From positions 63,612,001-63,676,000 of the forward strand of contig CM052822.1 in the NCBI GenBank assembly GCA_028534125.1: 64,000 nucleotides of DNA, read 5' to 3'. The translations under genes were made by a program, and so were the position numbers. The notes beneath the pieces were generated by a model. It had not been told where the DNA came from and did no database searches. It was given only the letters and a program-made list of their open reading frames with translations. Source of the stretch: Lama glama. Taxonomy: Eukaryota. Shown here in pieces: positions 1 to 12,460 of this stretch (position 1 is its first letter; the number at the start of each line of letters is the position of its first letter).

Positions 1-1034
1 TCTGCACGATGCACACTTGAACTGGTTGTGCACCTTGCTGTTCCAAGTAGCTGGGAGGGTGGGAGAGGGGCTTTGCTGCTGTGCTTTTCTGCCTTACATC
101 TGGTTAAGAACCTTAATGGCCACGTACTTGGCTGGTAACGCATTTTCCAACCTAAGTTTCCAGTGATGGTTTCCTCAACTTGTAAGTTGCTGATGCACCA
201 CGAGGCTTCAGAGGTTTCTCACCCCCACCCCCCCGTTCCTTTACTGGCAGGTGTCAGCAGCATTTTAATGCAGAGTCAACAGCATGCCAGACATGGGGAC
301 CCAGAGAAAGTGGACTCAGTCCTTGGCGGAGACCCCCCAGGAGAGGTTCTCAGGAGGTTTGAGAAGCAGAACAGCAAGTGACTGTTGTTGTCTCGGGCAG
401 CGAGGCCACCCAGTGCAGGCGACCGTGTGGGGAGCCTCGGAAACCGCTTCTTCCAATCGAGGGTGGACCAGCCTCAGACACAAAATCTCCAGGGACATCC
501 TGGAGGCCGAGTGACAGAGAGGACATTCGGGCTTGGCTGCTTCTCCCCATCTCCTGAGCACTGCCTCAGATATTCAGAGTTGATGCTCTGCTTCATTTTT
601 GCAGAATATTTTTCTCTGCCCAACTGCTCAGCAACTCAGGATGGACCTCTGGGTCCTACTTACAAGGGACAGAGGAAATGAGAAAAGAACCCAGTTTCTG
701 GGGCCCATTGACTTCCCTCAGTTTGCAATTATTCCTTCTCTTTGAGCCCCTCCCTCCCCTCCTATCTCCTTAGAGACCCTCATGTTATTTGAAAGGAAGA
801 TAAATTAGAAATAAAAGAAAAAAAAAGCCAGGTGCCAGTTAAGAAGTACCTTTTCTGAAGGAAAGCGTTAATAGGGGCACACTCTGTGCAGACTTTCCAG
901 ACTCGGTGGGTAATGATTAAGGGACTCCTTTCTTTTTAATCTAGGATATATTTTTTCTTTTTGGTCCTTCACCTGGCAGTGTGGAGAATTCGTTACCTGG
1001 GTGACCAAAGGAAGCCCATTGGGGCAATGTGCTT

Positions 1035-1365
1035 ATTATTTTTTTCAAGTAAGGAAAAACTTGAAAGAATGTGTTTCTTGATGTGGCAAAAGGCATTTCT
1101 TTTTTTTAAATCAAAGTAGAGTGATTTACAATGTTGTGTTAATTTCTGGTGTACAGAATAGTGACTCATTTATACATATATATGTATTTCTTTTCATATT
1201 CTTTTTCATTATAGGCCATTACAAGATACTGAATATAGTCCCCTGTGCTACACAGTAGGATCTTGTTGTTTATCTATTTTACATATAGTAGTTAGTATCT
1301 ACAAATCCTGAACTCCCAATTTATCCCTCTCCACCCTTTTTCCCCTCTGGTAACAGTAAGTTATC
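1035..1365 (-). mobile_element. 5'-truncated L1 3' UTR insertion (L1 part ~1100-1362) with a possible 3'-transduced segment
   Basis: Antisense artiodactyl-type L1 3' UTR (gatttacaatgttgtgttaatttctggtgtacag...gtcccctgtgctacacagtagga...ggtaacagtaagtt) after a T-tract at 1100-1107. CAATGTGCTT repeats at 1025-1034 and 1366-1375, which fits a TSD. Confidence 0.85.
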
Positions 1366-1904
1366 CAATGTGCTTTAGAAGGAAAGGAGCTAGGTCCATT
1401 CACTGTTTGATTTGACATTTTGTGAAAAAAAAATTACCCAGATAGATATATTTTGGCTCCTGAAATGGTGAATGGGCAGTGTTGAATGTTCAGTATGATT
1501 TGGGCACTGGGGCTGCTCGGTGAGCCTTGGCCAGGGTGCAACCTTGACCACGCTGTTCTCAAAAAGAGAGTGTCCTCCTCCATTTGTGGAGAAATTCCAT
1601 CTGACTCATATGTCAGATGTCACGGTCATGTGTCCATCCTGAACATGCACAGGAGTAAATAAATCCAGACACGAAACTGGCAGGCTGTGGGCTGTGCTTT
1701 GAGCATTGGGTGGAGGGATGATTTTAATTGCATTCAGTTTGTGTAATTTTTTTTCTGTGAAAATGAATTTGTTTTGAGGATTTTGCTATCAAGCCTTAAT
1801 TTAGGAATGTGTAAAGTTGGATTAAAAGAGTTAATGGGCTTGAATTTTAATGTAAGATACCAAAGCAGGGGAAAATGTGTGGAATATGGGAAAAGTAAAC
1901 ACAT

Positions 1905-2100
1905 ATTTGGAATCAGATGGAACTGGCTTCAAACCTCGACTCTGCTTCTTATCTGGTGTTGTGACCTTATGCAAGTTGTTAACAACCTGCAGCTTAGTTT
2001 CTTCATCTGTAGAAGGGAATAATAGCACATATCTATCATAAACCCGAGAATTCAGTATATTACACAGTAAAGCTCCTGGCACAGGGGATGACTCAATTAA
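1905..2100 (+). mobile_element. MIR SINE
   Basis: tggaatcagatggaactggcttcaaacc...gtgaccttatgcaagttg...agtttcttcatctgtagaagggaataatag matches the MIR 5' region and core. Confidence 0.8.
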
Positions 2101-3214
2101 CTTTAATCTCTTTCTGCCCTCTGTCCACCTTGAAATGCATCAGATGAAACACACAGCCAAGGTTAATGGAGAAGGCTCTGTCTCCTGCATAAGAGAGCTG
2201 TTGCTGAATGTGCCTCCAGATATCCACTCTCACGGTGGCCAGATCAAATCCACAGCCACAGGAAGCTTTGGGGCTCTTAGTAGGGTCTGGGCATCAACTT
2301 CATGTAGAATCCAGATCCTTTAATGCTTCCTTCCTCTTTGGAGATGCGCTATGACTTGGGAAGTCAGCCTGACCCAGGAGTGGGGAGCCTGGATGACCAG
2401 TGATGCAACCAACACACCTTCTTCCGAGCCTGCTGCAGACGTGCATGCCTACCTTGGTGGGCCCCAGAGAAGAGAGAGGCGTGGGGCGCTCACCACGTTC
2501 TCAGAACTCCTGCAGGAAGCTGTGTCCTTGCAGTGATGATGTGGAGTAACCATGGGCTCTGCAGAGGACTGAAATGCAAGCCACTCACACCTCCCTGTGA
2601 CCAGTGACATTTCTTTCCTCCCAGGTGAATGTATTGGAACAGTTACACCCTCCCTGCTCTGGAGGACAGGTGCATTCTGTCTTGCGAAGCAGGGGAGAAC
2701 TTTGCCTTTCACTTTCTCCTCCATCCTTTCAGATTCTCCTGTAGATTTTCTCCTTAAAATCAAGTTTTATTCAGTACAGATGGGAAAAGTCACTTGCCTC
2801 TGGCTAACGGTCTCCACAATCCTTAAAATGCCAATACCCGTCTAGCATGGCTTAAAACCAATTCAGGACACTCTCATAGCAGGCTTCCTGGCTGCAGGAA
2901 AGTGGGCTGGGGTGTGCTGGAGGTGGTTTCAAAGTGAAGAAGAAAGCATGAGAGCCAGGGGGCTCGGACAGAGCAAGGAGGATTTACAAGAAGCAGAGAA
3001 GTGGGGTCTTTGGTTAAGAAGTGGGATGAGGGGAGGGAGAGGAGTGAACAGACTGGCTGGGGAGCCCAGCTCTAAGTTCTCTCTCTGCCTCCTTAAGACA
3101 CTTCCAGGGAGGCATATATTACCTTTCACAGCCTTCTGTGTATTTCTTTGAATGCAGCCCTGCACCGAGACTTGCCTTAAACAAAACAGCCCAGTTAAAT
3201 TCAGGGGTCAGGAG

Positions 3215-3510
3215 TAGTCACTACATGTTTAATGCACCTTGGACACTGGTGATGCTGGTTGAACACTTCCCATTCGTTGGTTCACCTAAAACTCACAACA
3301 GTCTTAGATTTACCCCCATTTCACAGAGAAGAAACCGAAGCTTAGCAGGCTTTAACATTTTTTTTAAATTGAACAACAAACATTTATTTCTCCCAGTTCT
3401 GGTGGCTGGGAAGTCCAAGACAAAGGCACTGGTGGATTTGGTGGTCACCCAGCTGTGAAGCGGTGAGGGCAGGGTTAGAAGTGCATGTGTGTCTGGCTCC
3501 AGAATCAAGG
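3215..3510 (-). mobile_element. MIR interrupted by a short MLT1 LTR fragment (~3365-3440)
   Basis: MIR core cccatttcacagagaagaaaccgaagcttag, then MLT1-like aacaacaaacatttatttctcccagttctggtggctgggaagtccaaga, then the MIR remainder gtgtctggctccagaatc. Confidence 0.7.
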
Positions 3511-5689
3511 CTCTCTGCCTCTCCCTTGCACTCTCTTCCTCCTGGGCTGGAGAAGATGCTGTCTCTGGGCATTTCCCCAGCACCGGGCGCCACATACAGT
3601 GGGTGCTTGGTAGTGTTTGTGGAGCAAGTGAGTTGCTGGAATAGCACGAACCCAGTTAATCCACCCTTTGCACCTGTGCTGAGCAAGATGGCGTGAGTCA
3701 ATCCTCTTTGGCTTTTAAATTCAGCAGGCTTCACAAGAATATGCTTCTGAATTCGTAGTTACCCTCTCAAGCAAAGAATTCCATGGCTTAATTATTTCTC
3801 AGGAGACTTTCAGTGCCTCACAGAAGTGCCCATTCACTCAAAACTTGGAGAGATGAACACGGGAAAGAGAATCAGCAAATCAGCAAACCCAAGAGCTGGT
3901 CAAGTACGGGAACAGATGCTTAATTGTTATTCAGGGACAGAAATAAAAGGACATCAGGTTCCTAGAGTTAGTATGTATCCCAGAGTATGCTTCAGATGTG
4001 TTTTTGATGGATTTACAAGAAGTCCACTGCACCCCATCAATACAATCGGGGCAACAGAGAACACAGGTTGGTGGGGGGGATGGGTGCAATCCATCAAGAC
4101 ATAACTTCACTCATGCTTCTGAAGTTAGAGGGCAGCATTGGGGAGAAACGAATAGGAGCAACTCAGGACCGAAAGGAATTTCGTAAAGTTATCTAATCTG
4201 TCCCCCTAAATCATCTGAGGCAGGTTCATTTTATTTGGAAAGACCCCCCCAGGGAAAGACACTCAGGAACCTCTTTTTGGTAGATTCATGGCAGCATTAA
4301 CAACTCTCGCTTGCTGGAAATTTAATCCCCCTAATTCATCACCTGCCACAGCAAACACAAGCTGACAGAGTCTATCTATTTTCCTAAGGATTTACACCCC
4401 TACCTAATTCCAAAATTACGTGAGGCCACCTGCTGATGGAGTTGGCTCAGAGTTTAGTGAAAAGAGAACGTAAAAAAGCTGAGCACTATGTGATATATTC
4501 CCCTAAAGAAAGATGAAGGATGGTCTCCATGTGTGAAAATCTGGGCTGGACTGAGCATAATTTGAATGGACCAAGTGGCAGAGAGAGTCCCAGGGGCTAC
4601 AGCTGGTGTGGAGTGAAAGAACCATTTGTAAGCTGCTTTGAAACAGTCTAGGGAAAGAGAAAACTGACAATAGGTAAATTCTGACACAGTAGAAGGTTTA
4701 AGGAATGATGACTAGTGTCTTAGTTTATAATCGGTGTCACAGAGGGTCCTTAAGGAATATGTGCATCTGTGTGGGGAAGTTCAAGTGAAGTCTGCCATTA
4801 TTCCAAATCTGGATGGATAAATGATCTGTAAAAAGGCAAGTCCAGGTGATAGCAGGAGGAAGGGACCTACTAGCCAGCATCAGTTAGTGAGAGCACTGGC
4901 ATTGGGCAGGGATGCTGGCTAAGATAGGACGGGCATCAGCTGCAAGGAGAGAAAGAGGCTCACTGTCAGGTGTAGCCCTACAGGAAATAGTCTCATCAGT
5001 CTCTATGGCGGTACTACACTGACCTTTAAGGCATTGCTACAGAAGAGTTTTTCGTGCTGACAAGCTGAAAAAAAATGCAAATGTTGAAAGAAACCAAGTG
5101 AACTGAGAGGAAGAGGAACCTTCAATGGGTGAGAGGCCATCTTGGCTGTGTGAAAACACAGAGTGGGTAATTTGGAAGCTAGAAATATTCCTTCTCTTCA
5201 TTAAGAGGAAGGTGGTTCCAATCATGGTGTTCCTATCATTGCTATGATTACTACTACAAACTCAACATAATTAAACTGGGATCCAAGGTGCTTTACCAAG
5301 GCCAAACACCAGACTGGATATCATTGCTNNNNNNNNNNNNNNNNNNNNNNNNNNNNNNNNNNNNNNNNNNNNNNNNNNNNNNNNNNNNNNNNNNNNNNNN
5401 NNNNNNNNNNNNNNNNNNNNNNNNNNNNNNNNNNNNNNNNNNNNNNNNNNNNNNNNNNNNNNNNNNACTGGATGTTTACAGTTTATAGGTGGAGTTTAGA
5501 GTAAAAAGTTTACCTAGAATAGCTGTAAAACAGGAAGGGGCTAGGAGGAAAGTAGGAATAGTGCTCTCACTAGCTATGTATGACATCTTCTGGGGAACTG
5601 ATGGCCCCACCCCCACACTTAGGCTTTGAACTTGTGTTGGTTTAGGTGACTATGTCAGTAGCCTTTGTTCCAGCTTTCAACTCCCACCG

Positions 5690-7180
5690 CTTCCTTGCTC
5701 TGCGATAGCCCATTCGCCTGGTTTTCCTCCTTCCTCTCTGGCCATTGCCTCTCAGACCTCCTAGATGATTTTCTTCTACCTAAGCTCTAGATGTTAGAGT
5801 TGTCCACTCTCAGTCCTGGGCCCTCTTCTCCTTTCACTCTTCACTTTCTCTTTGGGTGAATTCACCCACTGCCATGATTTAAAAAAAAAAAAAAAACAAC
5901 CAAAAACCTCTTTATCCTGATGCCTCTAAAATGGATCCTTCTCGGCCAGACCCCGCTTCTGAGCACTAGGTGAATATGCACAATGACCTGCTCTTCAACT
6001 CTGATGTTTCAGAGATAGTTGATACTTCATGGGTCCGAAAAGGAGCAGGTTCTCCTGCTCTGTCTGCTTCTGCTCCAGGGCTTCTGGTCTCAATACTGGC
6101 ACCTGCATCCACCCAGCAGCTCAGACCAGAGCAGTCTTGGCTCTACCCTTTATCTCACTCCCCTGCCCCCAATAAAATACATCCCAACATCTGTCATTTC
6201 TGTCTCCCAAATTAATCTGGAATCCTTTTCACTTCATCTCTGTGGTCACAGCCTTGGACTAAGAAGCCAGTGTAGTTTCTCCTCTGGACTCTCAGTCACT
6301 CCTAACTGACCCGCCTGCTTCCACTGTTCCTTCCCAGGTATCAGTTCATGCTCTCACCACAATGATCTTTCAAAAACCAAAAATGATGCATCTGCTTAAA
6401 ACTCGTTCGTTGCTTCCCATGGCCCTGCCAATCAAATGCCACAGTGGGGCTGTGAGACCCAGCCTGTGTGACTCCTGAGACTTATCCCAGTTCATCCTCT
6501 GGCTGCACTGGCATAAAATTTCTCAAATAAACTCAGCTCTTCCCTGCCCTGCGGCTTTGTTCCTGTGGTTGCCTGGTCTGGAATCTTGTTCCTACCTCTT
6601 GCTCAGGGTTCACCTTAAGTGTCACTCCCTCAGGACAGCACTTCCCAGAGCCCCCAATCTATATAACCCCCCAGACTTAGTCTGCTTGGGCTACTCTAAC
6701 AGAATCCCATAGCCTGGGTGGCTTCTTAACAACAGAAATGTATTTTCTCACAGTTTGGGAGGCTGGGCGGCCCAAGACCAAGCTGGCAGATTCTGCGNNN
6801 NNNNNNNNNNNNNNNNNNNNNNNNNNNNNNNNNNNNNNNNNNNNNNNNNNNNNNNNNNNNNNNNNNNNNNNNNNNNNNNNNNNNNNNNNNNNNNNNNNNN
6901 NNNNNNNNNNNNNNNNNNNNNNNNNNNNNNNNNNNNNNNNNNNNNNNNNNNNNNNNNNNNNNNNNNNNNNNNNNNNNNNGGGGTTAGGTTTCAACATACG
7001 CATTTTGGAGGGACTCATACTGACCAGAGTGTCTACAGCACTGCCCCCACCATTCTCCTCTCCCCCGGCGGTCCGTCCTTCTGTGTACCACTGCCTCTCA
7101 CCTTGCAATTTATAAACGTATGTGCCTGTTTTGGTAGTGTCTTTTCCTCTCCATGAAATTATAATTCCATAAAGGCTGGG
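5690..7180 (+). mobile_element. L2 LINE relic (RT region to 3' part), interrupted by an MLT1 LTR
   Basis: ctcagtcctgggccctcttctcctttcactcttcactttctctttgggtgaattcacccactgccatgattt is a degenerate form of L2 RT SVLGPLLFSLYT.SLGDLIHSHGF. Downstream pyrimidine-rich L2 motifs follow (gatctttcaaaaacc, gcctggtctggaatc). Confidence 0.75.
6676..7040 (-). mobile_element. MLT1 (ERVL-MaLR) LTR, MLT1A/B-like, partly N-masked
   Basis: cttagtctgcttgggctactctaacagaatcccatagcctgggtggcttcttaacaacagaaatgtattttctcacagtt...gggttaggtttcaacatacgcattttggaggga. Confidence 0.85.
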
Positions 7181-8425
7181 AGTATTTTTTGTTGTTGTTC
7201 ACAAGTTTCTATTTTCTAGGAATCCGGAATTGAGAATCAGAGATGGTGTCAGTCTCTGCTTGTTGCCTGCATTGAAGACAAGTCCTCCGGGAGCTGTGGG
7301 AATGAATCTCTTGCCAGACAAGAGAAAGCAAGAGGAGAAACACCCACAAAAGGAGGGACATAGGCCTAGAGATGGAGAGACAGGGAGAGACACAGACAGA
7401 GACAGGGACTCAGAGAGATTCAGATACACCCTTGCACGCTCTGGTTTTGTTATTTTATTTTTACTTTATTTTATTTTATTTGTCCTTATGAGATCACAGA
7501 AACCAATCTCCTTTTAACCTGGGCTCGGCTGAGTGAATTTCTATAACCCAAAACCAATACAGGCTGGTTGAAGATGGAGACAGAACAATTGGAAGAAAGT
7601 TCCTTTAGCCATTTAAGCAAAGAATATACATCTTGAATCGATCATTGCAACTGACCCAGTGACAAATTTTAGGAACTGGGCATGAGCTCTCCACATCCCT
7701 GTTTATTTGCCAGTTACCTGTCTCTGGCTTTGGAAGGTGCTTCCCTGGTCTACAATCTTTCAAACTATCTTCACATTGGAGTGTAGCAGTGGCCTGAGGA
7801 AGGCCAAGTTTCTGACCACGCAGACACCAGTCACCTCAAAGCAGAGTCGGATGTGAGCCCTGGAGTTCCTGCTCTTTGCAGAAGCTGTTCAGGGCAGTGA
7901 TGGATTTTGTGTTTCTTCCTTTGAAGGACAGGACCGGGCTAATGTAACATATCCTTCCTGAAAATGATGCATGTCTAGGTTTCCGTGCTTTAGGGTATGT
8001 GATTTCTGAAGAGTAAACATGGCCTTAACGGGGGAACGTTGTTCTGCTTAACTACGCAGAGAATTCCCAGCAGCTCCTTTAATTTGGTTTTCTCCAATAG
8101 GGCACATTTGCATTTACCAACTGCGGCTTTTTAGAATAGCAAATGCATCTCTCTCTTCTCTGTGTTTCACTAAATGATGAGGCGGTCTCCAAGCTGCACT
8201 AACATCAGCCAGTCCCCCTGAGATTTGGAGGCCCTCGATCCAGCTGGCTTGTTCCTTTTCCTCTACCCTCCTTCCCCTATCTATTTATATTTTAAATTCT
8301 TCTTGTCATTGAGGAATGGACCTCAAAAATGAGTGTGTATATGACATGCAGATGCAGTAGGATGGGAAGAGGAGAGGAGAGAAGGAAAAGTATGAAATCT
8401 TGCTTAGGATAAAAAAGATTTCCTT

Positions 8426-9289
8426 CATGAAAGGATGCTCGACATCACTAATTGTCAGAGAAATGCAAATCAAAACTACAGTGAAATCTCACCTCACACC
8501 AGTCACAACGGCCATCATTAAAAAGTCCACAAACCATAACTGCTGGAGAGGGTGTGAAGGAAAAGGAACTTCACTGTCGGTGGGAATGTCAATTGGTGCA
8601 GCCACTTTGGAGGACACTATGGAGGTTCCTTAAAAAACTAAAAATAGACTTACCCTATGATCCAGCAATCCCACTCCTGGGCATACATCCGGAGAAAACT
8701 ACAATTCAAAAAGACACCTGCACCCCAGTGCTCANNNNNNNNNNNNNNNNNNNNNNNNNNNNNNNNNNNNNNNNNNNNNNNNNNNNNNNNNNNNNNNNNN
8801 NNNNNNNNNNNNNNNNNNNNNNNNNNNNNNNNNNNNNNNNNNNNNNNNNNNNNNNNNNNNNNNNNNNNNNNNNNNNNNNNNNNNNNNTGTCATTCTAAGT
8901 GAAGTAAGCCAGAAAAAGAAAGAAAAATACCATATGATAGCACTTATATGTAGAATCTAAAAAAATAAAAAGACAAACAAACTTATTTACAAAAGAGAAA
9001 CAGACTCACAGACATAGGAAACAAACTATGGTTACCGGGGAGAAGAGGGTGGGAAAGGATAAATTGGGAGTTTGAGATCTGCAGATACTAACTACTATAC
9101 ATAAAATAGATAAACAACAAGTTTCTACTGTATAGCACAGGGAACTATATTCAATATCTTGTAGTAACCTATAACGAAAAAGCATATGAAAATGAATATA
9201 TGTATGTATATGTTATGACTGAAGCACTGTGCTGTTCACCAGAAATTGATGTTGTAAACTGACTATGCTTCAATTAAAAAATAAAGGAA
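8426..9289 (+). mobile_element. 5'-truncated L1 (ORF2 C-terminus, 3' UTR, A-tail)
   Basis: Translates to L1 ORF2 motifs (CSTSLIVREMQIKTT; WECQLVQPLWRTLWRFLKKLKIDLPYDPAIPLLGIHP). TSD AAAAAAGATT(T/G)CCTT at 8411-8425 and 9290-9304. Confidence 0.95.
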
Positions 9290-9415
9290 AAAAAAGATTG
9301 CCTTGGTCTACAGCCGAAGTTAGGAAAGGGAAGGGGTGGATGTCTTTATTGTTTTACAATTTAATTTTTATTAGCCCATCACTGTGTGGCACTTAATATT
9401 TGCTGTTAGTGACAC

Positions 9416-9434
9416 ATGCCACCAGGTGGCTCCC
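9416..9434 (+). promoter_or_regulatory. CTCF-like motif
   Basis: ATGCCACCAGGTGGCTCC matches the CCACCAGGTGGCG-type core with one 3' deviation. Confidence 0.45.
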
Positions 9435-9979
9435 CCCATCCAGCAGTGAGCAGGGGCAATTCTGAGAAGAGGGCCCACTACCTCCATGGTCACATGGCCC
9501 TTGGACTCCTGCCTGAGCCTGGGTGAGCACGGGGGACCTGAGACCAGCCAGGCAGGGAACTCACATTCCAAAGCGGCACAGGTGAGTGACAGAGAAGAGA
9601 GAGAATCCTCTATACTCTAGCAGAGAAACCATGATTTTGAGGTTAATCTAACACATTGTCTGTAGCTGCGCGATTTTATTTGCTCCAGTATTTTGCAACT
9701 ACAAATAAGGCAGAGTGGGAATCACTGGTTGGGAATGAATTACAAGTAGAGAGCAAAAGAGTTGAAACTTCCCCCAAGGAATACTGAAATTCTGTCAGAA
9801 TTCCCTAAAAAGGCAAGAAAGGCTACACCACGACCCATGTGATGCACTGAAATTACTAACATGTAAGAGAATAATTTTTAACCAAATAGGGTTCGCATTC
9901 ACATTGTCCTTTTGGTCCATTTCAGTAAGTTTCTAAGGGTTAGATGACTAAATCCATGCCTGGTTGGGGACAACTTGTC

Positions 9980-10142
9980 TTGGAGTCAAATATTCTGGTT
10001 TGGAGACACTCTTTTCCCAACCCAGTCTGGGCAAACTGCAACGTTTCTAAGCCTTTCTTCTATGAAAATAATATCTACTTCACCTGGCTGTTAGAAGGAC
10101 TCGATGAGATAATGTGTGTGAAAGTATTTTGTAAACTGTGAA
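9980..10142 (+). mobile_element. MIR SINE
   Basis: tggagtcaaatattctggttt...ttcttctatgaaaataatatctacttcacctggctgttagaagg...gagataatgtgtgtgaaagtattttgtaaactgt. Confidence 0.7.
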
Positions 10143-11417
10143 CCATGAAGAAATTGTTCTCTCTTCTCTAGGCTACCTGCCTCAGTTTTCAGCCATGGCT
10201 GATGAAACAGTGAAAATTCTTTTGCCACTTGTACAGCATCTTAACAGTACACGATAATTCAACATTTATATGCTTGGTGCTGTGACAACTCTGTTGGCTT
10301 CTCTGGATTCATGCTGAAGCCAGAATCCACCAACTTGTCCCAGGGTGTGTTAGGACTAGGATCCTCCAGGGCTATAAATGCTCTGGGAGTAACTTACCTT
10401 CCCGGAACTGCCAAGTGGAGTTCAAATGATTTCATTTCTCTCACCAATACGCCTCTCCTCTGATCACCTTCAGACTTGTACACTTAGATGGAAGGGTGTA
10501 GTTCACTAATATTTCCTATAGATCCAGTCTTGATCATCACAAGAGATTGCCTTAGGGAGCCTGCCCCTCAAGGGATTCTATAATGTGCTGACTTAAAGCC
10601 CATCCATGATTTAGTGCAACAGGTATGATGCATCTGTTCGGCGTAGGGCACAGTGCTAGGTACTGTGGAATGTAGAATGCAAATAATTACACTCTTCCAG
10701 GTAATAAGCAACCCCAGGAACATGTAAGTATTCACACAAAGTGAGCTGAAGTTTATTTATAAAAAGACTCTTGCATTTTTGCCGGTGACATGCCGGTTTG
10801 GAAGGTGGCACAATCATGTCGCTAAACATTCCAGTGCCACATTAACACAAAAACACAAAAGCAGCGCAGCGTCCAGAAAGGTGCATCTGGCAGGCATTTC
10901 TTCCACATTTGTCATAAAGCTGTTTGGCCCGAGCATTTCTTTTCCTTGACTGTGAGGAGCTTAAGGCAAAGTCAATCTGGCCGATGATAAACCCTTAGGT
11001 TCAGCCCACACTCAAGATGAGACAGGTTGTCAGGAGGACACTGTGGCCAACCTGCTGGTGAAACTGCTGGCACACGAAAGAAGAGGAGACCGATGGTCTG
11101 GGCTGGTGGCTTTTGCAGGGCTGTCTGGCAGTTGTTACTGTGATAACTTCTGCTTTGTCAAAGGATGTTAATTTTGCCAGTTTGTTTTTTCTTTGTCACT
11201 GCATAATATTTACTCTTGGAAGTGATGTTACCACATGGATCTGCTCTTTTCTGACTTAAAATGGGAGGAAGTTGATATAATCAGTGAAGTGGCTATAAGC
11301 TTCTCCAAATAACAGTGGATGTGGCTTTGGTGAGGCAGACCAAGGTCTTCCGATCCAGGCTTGACGAAGCCTGTCCGTGATGACCCGCTGATGGATGCGG
11401 GCACACCTTCCACGGGC

Positions 11418-11443
11418 TGTTTAGACTGTACACAGTCTAAACA
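11418..11443. repeat. Perfect 12-bp inverted repeat with 2-nt spacer
   Basis: TGTTTAGACTGT-AC-ACAGTCTAAACA, read directly. Confidence 0.95.
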
Positions 11444-12296
11444 CAGTCAACGGGCGCCAATCACATAAGCATCACATGCAGCCGGGAACAGACATGATGG
11501 TTCAAAAATGGATCCAATGGTAACCAGGTCGCCCATTTCCACCTTCGTAGTGTTGCTTTCAGAGGTTCATTAAAGTACACTGTATGACTGTTGAAATTTA
11601 AGAAAAATTGCTTCATTCACAGTTTTAAGGTTTCCCGAAGTTTAAAGAGTTTTGAATAACTTTAATTGCCGAAGTAAAAGCAGACCTGGAAAATTCTCTT
11701 GGCAGTAAGAATGCTGCTAATACGACATGCATCCATGCACTGTGGAGACAGGAATACGTTTTTAATGCGCTGAGGTGCCAGGGGTACTCCAAAGGCTGCC
11801 ACATTTGGGGCGAGCAGGGTCTCTGCAGCTTTCTTCCGTACATCAGGGGACGCCACTCCCACTCTGGGCCGGGCAGACTCCTCAGGCACGTGGTTGGACG
11901 CTCAGCCATAACATACAGCAACTGTCCTCCAGTGGTTATCAGCGTAGGTGGATGCAATCGCTCCCTGTGAATACGGCGCACTGCAGGCGGCTGGTTCCTG
12001 GGCTTTCCGAGGTCAAACACGAGGGACGGTCCCGATACACACTCTGGAGGCTAACACAGGGTTGCCACTTTTTTCAATCTGGCCAAGTAAACCTTACGTA
12101 AAAAATGTTTATCTGCCATCCACATTAGCATCATTTTCATAAAGAAAAGATATTTTAATGCCCCTAAAATAAAGCAGAAAGGAAATAATCACAGAACACA
12201 GGACGATTTCATAAAATGGAAAACAGCTTTTTAGAAACTCCCCATATTGGTATTTTTTATCATTTGGCCCTGATAATAGAAAAAAAGGCGGGGATA

Positions 12297-12460
12297 TTTG
12301 GAATTAAAAGATCTGATTCAAGTCCAGTCTCACCCACCCGCTCCGTGGCTGGGGCAAGCTACTTCCTGACTCTCCTTTCCTCAATCACAAAATGGGGATG
12401 AGAAGCCCACCTTTTAGGACTGTTGTGAGGTTCAAGGGAGATTCCACGTGTGAAAGGGCT
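12297..12460 (+). mobile_element. MIR SINE
   Basis: ttggaattaaaagatctgattcaagtcc...tttcctcaatcacaaaatggggatgagaag...ggactgttgtgaggttcaag. Confidence 0.75.

Noticed and set aside
11228-11413. GLPHQSHIHCYL resembling a HUH Rep motif next to a hairpin (endogenous ssDNA virus idea)
   Set aside because: No other Rep motifs or helicase Walker motifs seen, and the hairpin lacks a nonanucleotide loop; most likely chance. tBLASTn would settle it.
11520-11590. VYFNEPLKATLRRWKWATWL resembling a pogo/Tigger transposase segment
   Set aside because: The preceding QPLD and DDE motifs are absent and no TIRs were found.
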